Shown here: positions 19,950-28,574 of the stretch, one piece after another | Numbering within the stretch: position 1 is the first letter of the stretch | Layout of the letters: each line of letters begins with the position of its first letter | NCBI GenBank assembly: GCA_039714155.1 | Contig: JBDLJX010000004.1 | Coordinates: forward strand, 1 to 62,360 | DNA from: Pseudomonadota bacterium | GTDB lineage: Bacteria > Pseudomonadota > Gammaproteobacteria > UBA9214 | Reading direction: 5' to 3' | Length of the DNA stretch: 62,360 bases | The notes under the pieces: model-generated | What the model was told of the DNA's origin: nothing | The model's input: the letters and a program-made list of their open reading frames with translations, nothing else | The model's database searches: none | Position numbers and translations under genes: made by a program

Positions 19950-21149
19950 ATGAAATCGAAACTCATTGCACTGGCATTGTTTGCCTTTACCGCAACCACG
20001 GTTGCATTGTTACCGGCCTACCAGAGCGCAGGGGGTATTACCCCCGCCGACCCGCCCATTGTCAATCCAGTGGCCAATGAGCAGTCCCGCATTGACGTGG
20101 TATTCGTACTGGATACCACCGGCAGCATGGGGGGGTTGATCCAGGCCGCCAGGGAAAAGATCTGGTCCATCGCCACCACCATGGCCTCGGCGCAATCCGC
20201 ACCCGAGATCAGGATGGGGCTGGTCGCCTACCGCGACCGGGGTGATACCTATGTCACCCGGGTGGTGGATCTGTCCAGTGACCTGGATTCCATGTACGCC
20301 ACCCTGATGGATTTTCAGGCCAGCGGCGGTGGTGACGGACCGGAAAGCGTGAACCAGGCGCTGCATGACGCAGTCAACAAGATATCCTGGAGCCAGGATA
20401 CCGGGACCTACAAGGTGGTGTTCCTGGTCGGTGACGCCCCGCCGCATATGGATTACCAGAACGACGTCAAATACCCGGTCACTCTCAGTGCGGCAACAGA
20501 GAAAGGGATCGTGGTCAATGCCATCCAGTGCGGCCGGGCAAGCGGCACCACCCCCGCCTGGCAACAGATTGCCCGACTGGGTGATGGCCATTACTTCCAG
20601 GTGGAACAGGCCGGCGGCGCCGTGGCGATCGCCACCCCGTTTGACGATAAAATCGCGAAGTTGTCTGCAAAGCTGGATGACACACGCCTGTACTACGGCA
20701 CAGTGGAGGAGAAGGAAAAACAACAACGCAAGCTGGCAGCAACCGACAAGCTGCATGCGGCCGCATCGGTCGAGTCCCGTGCCCGACGGGCGGCGTTCAA
20801 TAGTTCGAAAAGCGGTGCAGCCAACTTCCTCGGTGATGGCGAGCTGGTAGATGCTGTGACCAGCGGCCGCGTTGATCTCTCCAGCATCGACAAGGACAAG
20901 TTGCCGGAACCCATGCAGGCCATGAGCCCGGAAGAGCAGGAGGTAATCATCAGCGAGACGGCTGAGCGCCGTAACGAACTCAAGCGCCAGATCAGTGAAC
21001 TGACCGGGGAACGCTCGGCTTACCTGGATAAGAAAGTAGACGAAGCCGGTGGTGCCAGGGACTCCCTGGATGACAAGATCTACCGCGCCGTACGCGAGCA
21101 GGCCGGAATACTGGGCATGACCTACGAAGCCGACGTGCCAGCTTACTGA
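19950..21149 (+). CDS. Exported von Willebrand factor A domain protein
   Basis: Signal peptide; MIDAS DTTGSM; GLVAYRD; GGGDGPE; LVGDAPPH; AAGGAG RBS. Confidence 0.88.
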   Translation: MKSKLIALALFAFTATTVALLPAYQSAGGITPADPPIVNPVANEQSRIDVVFVLDTTGSMGGLIQAAREKIWSIATTMASAQSAPEIRMGLVAYRDRGDTYVTRVVDLSSDLDSMYATLMDFQASGGGDGPESVNQALHDAVNKISWSQDTGTYKVVFLVGDAPPHMDYQNDVKYPVTLSAATEKGIVVNAIQCGRASGTTPAWQQIARLGDGHYFQVEQAGGAVAIATPFDDKIAKLSAKLDDTRLYYGTVEEKEKQQRKLAATDKLHAAASVESRARRAAFNSSKSGAANFLGDGELVDAVTSGRVDLSSIDKDKLPEPMQAMSPEEQEVIISETAERRNELKRQISELTGERSAYLDKKVDEAGGARDSLDDKIYRAVREQAGILGMTYEADVPAY

Positions 21150-21159
21150 GCCGCTGCAA

Positions 21160-21189
21160 ACACGGCCCGGTAGCAATACCGGGTCGTGT
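21160..21189 (+). terminator. Hairpin / probable terminator after the vWA gene
   Basis: ACACGGCCCGGTA GCAA TACCGGGTCGTGT followed by CTTT. Confidence 0.55.
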
Positions 21190-21262
21190 CTTTAACATCG
21201 AGTTGCTCCGCAAAGACCCGGGCAATGTACTAATGAGTTCATTAGTCAGGCGACATGGTTAT

Positions 21263-21330
21263 CCGTGAGTGTCGGCAGCAGGGACGCTGCCGTCAAGCCT
21301 ACAGGGACGTATTTACGGTGTCCCACGGAT
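21263..21330. repeat. Small hairpin repeat of the CAGGGACG family
   Basis: GGCAGCAGGGACGCTGCC and CCTACAGGGACGTA hairpins; related to units at 3393 and about 22215-22245. Confidence 0.5.
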
Positions 21331-21637
21331 GAGCATGTCGGCTTACTTACGTTCTCCTTGGTATATTGGCACATAGTGCCGGCATCTGGATCATGTCCTC
21401 AGTTAATTAATTCAACATTAGAAAGAAATGCACCCTGACACTCTCTATTCGCGTGAAACTTGATTGCCATATCGGGATGACTGGAAAATGGTACTCGTGT
21501 AGTGTCTTTATCGCCTATAATTACCAGGCATCTTTGCTGTGCGCCTGTTTGAGCAGGGGCCACAATAGATGTTTATTTTCAGAGGATATCAGCAACGAAG
21601 TCTGTTACTGGTAACTGTTAGCAAGGAGGATTTAACA

Positions 21638-22192
21638 ATGAATTTACTCGGATTGTTGCTGGATGCGCAGGAATCGCCGGCCCTGAAACAGCTAGCCTCA
21701 AATTTTGGTATCAGCGAGACGGATGCCAGGCAGGCGGTATCGGAGATGACACCGGCCCTGTCGCGGGGTTTGCAGCGCAACATCTCAGAGCAGAGCGGGC
21801 TTGAAAGTTTGCTGGGTGCCTTGAAATCAGGTAATCACCAGCAATATTCCGAACACCCGGAGACACTTGCCGAGGAATCCACAATCTCGGAAGGCAATGC
21901 CATTCTGGGCCATATCCTGGGCGACAAGGATGTCAGCCGGCGCGTCGCCAGCCATGCAGCATCGGAAACCGGACTGGACTCCGGCATGCTCAAGAAAATG
22001 TTGCCGGTGATCGCCACCATGGTGATGGGTTTAATGAGCAAGCAAGCCGCATCGAGCGACCTGCTGGGTAGCCTTGGCGGGTCCTCACAGGCAAGCAGTG
22101 CTGCCGGGCTGATTACACAGTTTCTGGATGCCGACAAGGATGGTTCCGTGATGGATGATCTGCTTGGCATGGCCGGACGCTTGATGCGCTGA
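21638..22192 (+). CDS. DUF937 family protein
   Basis: EGNAILGHILG; LKKMLPVIA; C-terminal LDADKDGSVMDD; AGGAGG RBS. Confidence 0.8.
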   Translation: MNLLGLLLDAQESPALKQLASNFGISETDARQAVSEMTPALSRGLQRNISEQSGLESLLGALKSGNHQQYSEHPETLAEESTISEGNAILGHILGDKDVSRRVASHAASETGLDSGMLKKMLPVIATMVMGLMSKQAASSDLLGSLGGSSQASSAAGLITQFLDADKDGSVMDDLLGMAGRLMR

Positions 22193-22326
22193 TTAAGGTC
22201 GTCTTCGGGGCCACAGCACGGATGTGCACAACACAGGATGTAGGGGTGATGAGCCAGCGAGATTGTATTTCGCAGATCTATGAAAGTACAGGTGTCATTT
22301 AATCAAACAGTAAAAGGAGAATAACC

Positions 22327-22530
22327 ATGTCAGTTGCAAGAGTTACTGAAATTTCCGCATCCTCAACCGAGAGTTTCGAGGATGCCGTGCGCAGCGGCAT
22401 CAAACGGGCCGGCAAAACCCTGGACAACATCAAGGCTGCCTGGATTCAGGAACAAAGTGTCGTCGTTGATGGCGACAAGGTGAGCGAATATCGGGTCAAT
22501 ATGAAGGTGTCTTTTGTCCTGAAAGACTGA
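22327..22530 (+). CDS. Dodecin family protein
   Basis: 67 aa; EISASSTESFEDAV; EYRVNMKVSF. Confidence 0.9.
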   Translation: MSVARVTEISASSTESFEDAVRSGIKRAGKTLDNIKAAWIQEQSVVVDGDKVSEYRVNMKVSFVLKD

Positions 22531-22673
22531 TAGAGGAAAATGGTGTCGGGGTACAATTAATTCCAATATTGGATAGAAATGTGCTCTGACACTTTTAACA
22601 TTATTAAAACGCATACATAGCATTTACATAAATTTGTAGACGCTGCATACAAGCTGGTAACTTATTGATTTAA

Positions 22674-22722
22674 TGGTGGGTCGTATAGGATTCGAACCTA
22701 TGATCATCGGATTAAAAGTCCG
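22674..22722 (-). pseudogene. 3' half of tRNA-Lys(UUU), att-site-like remnant
   Basis: Minus strand reads CGGA CTTTTAA TCCG ATGATC ATAGG TTCGAAT CCTAT ACGACCC A CCA; no D-arm or 5' acceptor strand upstream. Confidence 0.8.
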
Positions 22723-22825
22723 GAAAGTGCGGCCTGTCTAATTGTCTTTAAAGCAAATACCAGGATGCCCGTTGCGGGACTTTGCATAGCTGTGCACAAC
22801 TAATCCCCGCAAAACTCCCGCAGTC

Positions 22826-22890
22826 TAATTTGCGCCACACGGGCTCTATCAGCTTCCCGCACCGGCTTGACGATCAATTCGCCATGCACA
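22826..22890. mobile_element. Juxtaposed IS-end remnants of two families
   Basis: TTTGCGCCACACGGG (like 35567/61613) followed by CTCTATCAGCTTCCCGC...AATTCGCCATGCACA, matching 40540-40589. Confidence 0.65.
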
Positions 22891-22967
22891 CGATCTGTCA
22901 TCCAGATGCAGTCATGATTACCCGAGTGAATTCGGCCCTACAACGATAATCTGCCCACTCGACCAGG

Positions 22968-24659
22968 TCATGCCTCCGCCTGCATGGTGATATAGCCCGA
23001 CGGGCATTCGTGTGCACACAGTCCACAACCCTTGCAGTAGTCGTAGTCAAACACATAAGGTGCTTCACCGGCTGGTGCCTCGCTGCGCTTGAGTACGGCC
23101 ATATCCGGACACAATGTCCAGCAGTTGTCGCAGGCCAGGCAACTGCCGCATGACAGGCAGCGTTGTCCCTCGCCGTGTACCTGCTGTTGTTCCAGTCCAC
23201 CCTGGACCTCGGCGGATGCCGAGCGTTGTTCAACCGGCAGTACCGGCACCTCCGGGCGGGGTGCGTATTCATAGTAGTTGAGGTTAAGTTGTTCCAGCAC
23301 TATGGGCTTGTCTTCGCGTGCTTCCGGGTCAGCTTGCTGCTGCAGCATGCGCGCAATCTGTGCCGCTGCACGGCGGCCATCGCCAATCGCTTCGCTAACG
23401 GTGCCGCGGTCACCGCGCGCATCGCCGCCCGTCAGTACCTGCGGGTGTCCGGGGATCCGGCCATGGTTGTCGGCTGCGAGAAATTCACCGTGGTTCAGCA
23501 ATGACCCCAGCCCTTCCGGGTCCACGACCTGGCCGATTGCCGGGATGACCTGATCAACATCCAGAATCGACTCGGTACCTTCAAAGGTTACTGTTTTGGC
23601 ACCATCCTGGCTGTCCGGCACTTCCTTCATGTGTACCAGTTCAACACCGACCACCTGTTCACCGCGCAGCACCAGCCGCTGTACGCCACGGTGCTCGTGT
23701 ATCGTCACGCCTTCCTCGAGTGCCTGGTCGATTTCCCGTGCAATCGCCGGCATCCTGTCCGGCAGCTGCTCACCGGATTGCGGCAGGGACTGAAAGGTAA
23801 CCACGTGAACCGATTCCACGCCGGCATGCTTCAATACACGGGCAAGATCGATGGCCGTGTTGCCGCCACCGATGACGGCAACACTCGACCAGTGCTTTAT
23901 GGTGCCAATGCTGGTCCATTGCTTCAGCAGGTCCAGCCCGACATGCAGGTCACTGGGGGTGGCGCCACCACTGTCCCATGAACGGCTGCGCTGGGTTCCC
24001 GGTGCAAGAAATATGGCCGGATAATCAGCCTGTAACTCGTCCAGTGACATGTCCCGGCCAAGGCGTTTTCCGGGCAAAAACCCGATGCCGGTGTGCAGCA
24101 GACGCTCCAGTTCTGCCTGCATAATATCCCGCGGCAGCCGGTAGGGAGGCAGGGCGCTGTGCAGCAAACCACCAGCCATCGGCAACGCTTCGAACAGGTC
24201 AACACGATAACCCTGGCGGACCAGGTGCCAGGCGGCGGAGCAACCGGCCGGCCCACTGCCGACCACCGCCACCACTAGTGCCTGTTCGGGAGGCGTGCTT
24301 ACCGGGTAGTCCCAGCCTTCCTTGATGGCCCGGTCACCGAGGAAGCGTTCCACGTGGTGAATGGCAATCGATTCGTCATACTGTCCGCGATTGCAGGCAG
24401 ATTCGCAGGGATGATGGCAGACGCGTCCGGTGATGGCCGGCAGCGGGTTTGCGCGGACAATGTTTTCCCAAGCCAGCTGATAGCGCCCCTCTTCCACCAG
24501 TGCCAGGTATTGCTGGGCATCCTCACCGGCCGGGCAAGCCGTGTGGCAGGGTGCCGACCGGTGATGATATTCCGGTTGCTGCGTACGCCAGCTACCGGTC
24601 TTGTATTCGAGCGAAGTGCCGGGTCGGGCAAAGGCGCCGCGCGTCATCTTTATGCCCAT
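22968..24659 (-). CDS. PorD (delta subunit) ferredoxin fused with a GltD/DsrL-like FAD/NAD(P) oxidoreductase
   Basis: N-term PGTSLEYKTGSWR; PCHTACP; GRVCHHPCESAC; GSGPAG; GGGNTA; C-term CLACDNCWTLCP and DYDYCKGCGLCAHECP. Confidence 0.85.
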   Translation of the reverse strand: MGIKMTRGAFARPGTSLEYKTGSWRTQQPEYHHRSAPCHTACPAGEDAQQYLALVEEGRYQLAWENIVRANPLPAITGRVCHHPCESACNRGQYDESIAIHHVERFLGDRAIKEGWDYPVSTPPEQALVVAVVGSGPAGCSAAWHLVRQGYRVDLFEALPMAGGLLHSALPPYRLPRDIMQAELERLLHTGIGFLPGKRLGRDMSLDELQADYPAIFLAPGTQRSRSWDSGGATPSDLHVGLDLLKQWTSIGTIKHWSSVAVIGGGNTAIDLARVLKHAGVESVHVVTFQSLPQSGEQLPDRMPAIAREIDQALEEGVTIHEHRGVQRLVLRGEQVVGVELVHMKEVPDSQDGAKTVTFEGTESILDVDQVIPAIGQVVDPEGLGSLLNHGEFLAADNHGRIPGHPQVLTGGDARGDRGTVSEAIGDGRRAAAQIARMLQQQADPEAREDKPIVLEQLNLNYYEYAPRPEVPVLPVEQRSASAEVQGGLEQQQVHGEGQRCLSCGSCLACDNCWTLCPDMAVLKRSEAPAGEAPYVFDYDYCKGCGLCAHECPSGYITMQAEA

Positions 24660-25645
24660 TGCATGCCTCCCCGCTGCACGGTATTGGCGCCCTCGGAGTC
24701 CAGTGCATCCGCCTTTTCGCCACGCAGTCCATAGACCTCGATGTTGTGGTCGGCCAGCGCCTGCAGGTGCTCCAGTTCCACCCGGGCCTGGTCATCATCG
24801 GCAAACAGGTGGCGGAAACGGTTCTGTATGGACAGGTAATCGGTGACCGGACGAACCCGGCGGATCGGCATGACACTGACCACACTACCACGTTCCAGTT
24901 CAATGACCGGGAACAGTCCAGTCTGTACCGCGAGCCGCGCAACCTCGATGCTGAGGGCCCCGTCATGCCCCCAGCCCAGCGGGCAGGTGCTGTGGATATG
25001 CAGGAACGTTGGTCCATCGATTGCCATGGCGCGGCGCACCTTCTTGCGGATGTCCGACGGGTAGGCTACCGAAGACGTAGCCGCGTAGGGAATGTGGTGC
25101 GCGGCCACGATCGAAACAATATCCTTTTTCAGGTGCCGCTTACCCATGCGTGCCTCGCCGGATGGCGAAGTCGTGGTGCTGGCAGCATGTGGCGTCGAAC
25201 TGGAGCGCTGTACACCGGTATTCATGTAGGCCTCGTTGTCGAAACACACGTACAGCACGTTGTGGCCGCGTTCGAGCATACCGGACAGGGCCTGAAAGCC
25301 GATGTCGAACGTGCCGCCGTCACCGGCCAATGCGATCACTTTGGTTGCCTTGCCCTGGCGTTTCAGGGCGGCCTCCATACCGGCGGCGATGGCAGCGGCG
25401 TTTTCAAACAGCGAGTGCATCCAGCCCACCCGCCAGGCTGATTCCGGCCAGGCAGTGGTAAAAACTTCCAGGCAGCCGGTGGCGTTGGCATAGATGACAT
25501 CCGGGCCGGCCGCCTCGGTGACCAGGCGCGCCGCCAGGGCCTCGCCGCAGCCCAGACAGGCACGGTGGCCGGACTCGATGCCGGTGAATCGCGGCTGCTC
25601 ATTTCGCAGTGCGCTGATATCAACGCTGGTATCGTTATCATTCAT
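24650..25645 (-). CDS. porB: 2-oxoacid (pyruvate):ferredoxin oxidoreductase beta subunit
   Basis: GHRACLGCG; ATGCLEV; TPP motif GDGGTFDIG...DNEAYMNTG; CPLGW. Confidence 0.9.
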   Translation of the reverse strand: MNDNDTSVDISALRNEQPRFTGIESGHRACLGCGEALAARLVTEAAGPDVIYANATGCLEVFTTAWPESAWRVGWMHSLFENAAAIAAGMEAALKRQGKATKVIALAGDGGTFDIGFQALSGMLERGHNVLYVCFDNEAYMNTGVQRSSSTPHAASTTTSPSGEARMGKRHLKKDIVSIVAAHHIPYAATSSVAYPSDIRKKVRRAMAIDGPTFLHIHSTCPLGWGHDGALSIEVARLAVQTGLFPVIELERGSVVSVMPIRRVRPVTDYLSIQNRFRHLFADDDQARVELEHLQALADHNIEVYGLRGEKADALDSEGANTVQRGGMQWA

Positions 25646-25654
25646 GGCTGGTCC

Positions 25655-26827
25655 TCAGCAGGCAGCCTCGGGCAACTTGTCCGGTTCCAGGTCAAGGATG
25701 GCAAATGGCAGCCCGCGGCCATCGCGGATCGCCTGGTGCAAATGCGGATAGATCTCCAGTGGCACATCACGCCCACCGAGGCCGACTGTGAAATTGTGGA
25801 CCCGCGGCGCATCCTGTATCTCGCTGAAGGCGGCGCGGACCTCTGCACCGACAATGCCGCCGCTGCCGGGAGACAGCGCCCGTTCCAGCACGACCAGATC
25901 GGTCAGGCCCTGGCAGGCCTGGCGAATGGCGGCAGCCGGGAAGGGCCGGAAGGTGCGTAATGTGAGCAGCCGGGTGGCAGGATTATCAGTGTACCGGTCC
26001 ATCGCGGCTGCCAGGGTGCCGGCAATGGAGCCCAGGGTCAGGATGCCGATGCGGGCATCCGCCGGGCCACTCGTGTTCAGCAGGGCGTCGCAGTTGCGTT
26101 CGGCAAGCTGCCCCCATTCCTGTTGCACGTCAACAATCGTTTGCAGGGCATTTTCCAGCGCCTGGTGGTGGCTCTGGCGTGCCTCGGTGAAATAATCCGG
26201 TGACACCAGGGTGCCGATACTGATGGGATTGGCCGGGTCCAGTCGGCGCTCGAAACTGAAGGCCGGCAGGAAGTCATCCACCTGTTGCTGCTCCGGCAGG
26301 TCGATGACTTCCAGTGTATGTGTCAGGGTAAAACCGTCGACGCATACCATCACCGGCAGTTCGCATTGCTCGGCAATCCGAAAGGCCTGGATGGTGGTAT
26401 CAACGGCTTCCTGGTTGTCCGCGCAATACAGCTGGATCCAGCCGGCATCGCGCACTGCCATGGAGTCCTGCTGATCATTCCAGATCGACAGCGGCCCCGA
26501 CACGGCGCGGTTGGCACAGGTCAGTACCAGCGGCATGCGCAGGCCGGCGATGTTGTAGAGCACCTCGGCCATCAGCAGGATGCCCTGCGAGGAACTGGCC
26601 GTATAGGCGCGTGAACCGGCGGCGACGGCGCCAAGTGCCACCGAGGCAGCGGAGAATTCACTCTCGACACTGACCAGTTCACAATCGAGTGTGCCGTCGG
26701 CGACCAGCCTCGACAGGTTCTCGACGATATGCGTCTGCGGCGTGATCGGGTAGGCGGCAATAACCTGCGGACGGCACAGGGCCACGGTGCGGGCCAGTGC
26801 CTGTGAGCCTTCAAGCGCTTGCAGCAT
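25655..26827 (-). CDS. porA: 2-oxoacid (pyruvate):ferredoxin oxidoreductase alpha subunit
   Basis: AYPITPQT; VESEFSA; TASSSQG; NRAVSGP; GLGGRD. Confidence 0.9.
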   Translation of the reverse strand: MLQALEGSQALARTVALCRPQVIAAYPITPQTHIVENLSRLVADGTLDCELVSVESEFSAASVALGAVAAGSRAYTASSSQGILLMAEVLYNIAGLRMPLVLTCANRAVSGPLSIWNDQQDSMAVRDAGWIQLYCADNQEAVDTTIQAFRIAEQCELPVMVCVDGFTLTHTLEVIDLPEQQQVDDFLPAFSFERRLDPANPISIGTLVSPDYFTEARQSHHQALENALQTIVDVQQEWGQLAERNCDALLNTSGPADARIGILTLGSIAGTLAAAMDRYTDNPATRLLTLRTFRPFPAAAIRQACQGLTDLVVLERALSPGSGGIVGAEVRAAFSEIQDAPRVHNFTVGLGGRDVPLEIYPHLHQAIRDGRGLPFAILDLEPDKLPEAAC

Positions 26828-27386
26828 GGATGTCCTCCTGCCAGGCGCCGGCAGTTACCTGCGCCGCGGCCTGTTCGACCAGTTGGCGGTTATTTTCGAG
26901 TACCTTGCCCTGAAAGCGCTGGCCAAGCGCTTGTATCAGCGCCGATTGCGGCAGCAGGCCGGTTAGCGCCAGGAAGGCCGACAACAGTGCGGTGTTGGGC
27001 AACGGCCGGCCAAGGATTTCCTGTGCCAACGCGCTTGCCGGCAGCGCCACGACCGGATGTTCGAGTTTGGCGCCGAGCACATCGCCGTCCTCGCTGGAAT
27101 TGACCAGTATCGAGCCATTGGCCTGCAAGCCATCGGTGATACCCGGGACATGCAGAAGGGACGCGTCCTGGATGATCAGGAAGGCCGGTTCACGCACCTG
27201 GCAGCGGCGACGTATGGGGCGGTCGGCAATTCGTACAAACGCGGTCACCGGCGCACCCCGGCGTTCGGCGCCGAAATTAGGAAAGGCCTGTGCATACCGG
27301 TCTTCCTCAAATGCAGCAATGGCGAGCAGATAGGCGGCAACCACATTGCCCTGTCCACCCCGGCCATGTATCCGGATTTCAATCAT
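26811..27386 (-). CDS. porC: 2-oxoacid (pyruvate):ferredoxin oxidoreductase gamma subunit
   Basis: IRIHGRGGQG; FPNFGAERRGAPV; PNTALL. Confidence 0.9.
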   Translation of the reverse strand: MIEIRIHGRGGQGNVVAAYLLAIAAFEEDRYAQAFPNFGAERRGAPVTAFVRIADRPIRRRCQVREPAFLIIQDASLLHVPGITDGLQANGSILVNSSEDGDVLGAKLEHPVVALPASALAQEILGRPLPNTALLSAFLALTGLLPQSALIQALGQRFQGKVLENNRQLVEQAAAQVTAGAWQEDIHAASA

Positions 27387-27702
27387 GTGCTTGCATGCAC
27401 TGCTGTCCGGTTAAGTTCTCAAACAAATCCAATTGCCTGGCCATAACACACTCTTTGGTTTTGCGATCACAGTCACAGTTTACAAGCACCCGTTCCAAGG
27501 GAACTTTCTCGTAAAGTGCGAGACTCAAAATCGGTAGCATTGTGTAGAGATCCGTGCCGGGTTTGCATTGCTTTTTGATGATGGCGACCAGTATACATAG
27601 ATGGAGATGGCAATCCATATCTGAGTCTTCACCGCTTTCCCGGAAGTACCTGAAAAAAGGTTTGATGCGAAGGGTTATTGGAGCAGGATACCGGGAACCG
27701 GT

Positions 27703-28518
27703 TCAGTCGGTGTCGCAGAAGATCCCGTAGTGGTAGGCACCTTCGATGACGCCGCTGGTGTAGAAACCGTTCAGACCCTTGAAGCCACCTTGCGCAAAGT
27801 AGACCCTGAGATCGGGGTTCGCATCGGCCGCCTTCCTGACTTCGGCGACGAGCTGGTCGTCCGCGTTGCGCACGAGGACACCGGAAAAGCCCGCTGTGAG
27901 CGGGAAGACATCGTTGCCACTGTCGCCACAGAAGACGACATCTGATTTGTTGACGCCAAGTTCGTCTGCAATGTATTCGAGCGCGGTCTGTTTGGTGGCA
28001 CTTTGCGGGAGAAAGTCGAGCAGGCCCTTGCCGGACCGGGAGTCGAAGCTGTAGACGATGACCTCGTCGAACTTGCCTTTGACCCGTTCGTCGACTGCCT
28101 TCAGCACGGCCTCGTTCCTGTCATGGTCAATGTAGTAGCTTTGCTTGAACGGGCCACAATGCTCGCGCTCCTGCTCGGTCAGGCCGTCCACCCCGGCGAC
28201 GGCTATACGTACCGCGTCCGCATCCCATCCGGGGCTGGTCTGCTTCACATGCTTGTCCCAGCCGGCGTTGGGCTCCCAGCCGCCCTGCTGGTACTTTCGA
28301 ATCGATGTGCCGACGTCGCCGATGAGCACATGAGGATGCCGAATGCCGTACTCCTCGATCGCATTCTCGGCCAGATTCAGGTTCCTTCCGGTCACATAGA
28401 CAACCAGCACGTCATGCTTTTCCGTGAGTTCATTGAACAGCTCGATGGCGCCGGGGTCCGGCGGCCAGCTACCGTTCGGCAGTAATGTCCGGTCCAGATC
28501 GGTCGCAAGGATTCTCAT
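27703..28518 (-). CDS. HAD-IIB sugar-phosphate phosphatase (sucrose-phosphate-phosphatase-like)
   Basis: ATDLDRTL; VTGR; DVGT; LDFLP...K; GDSGND. Confidence 0.88.
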   Translation of the reverse strand: MRILATDLDRTLLPNGSWPPDPGAIELFNELTEKHDVLVVYVTGRNLNLAENAIEEYGIRHPHVLIGDVGTSIRKYQQGGWEPNAGWDKHVKQTSPGWDADAVRIAVAGVDGLTEQEREHCGPFKQSYYIDHDRNEAVLKAVDERVKGKFDEVIVYSFDSRSGKGLLDFLPQSATKQTALEYIADELGVNKSDVVFCGDSGNDVFPLTAGFSGVLVRNADDQLVAEVRKAADANPDLRVYFAQGGFKGLNGFYTSGVIEGAYHYGIFCDTD

Positions 28519-28574
28519 GTTCGTGCTCCGTCGTGGTTACTGTCGAAAATCGACCCGGGCAGATCGCCAAGGGT

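Noticed and set aside
20010-21176. 388-aa minus-strand ORF
   Set aside because: Antisense to the vWA gene; typical high-GC shadow ORF
22674-22750. Functional tRNA-Lys
   Set aside because: D-arm and 5' acceptor strand are absent
22968-24659. dsrL or gltD call
   Set aside because: No dsr or gltB genes nearby; PorD signatures and the por operon context fit better
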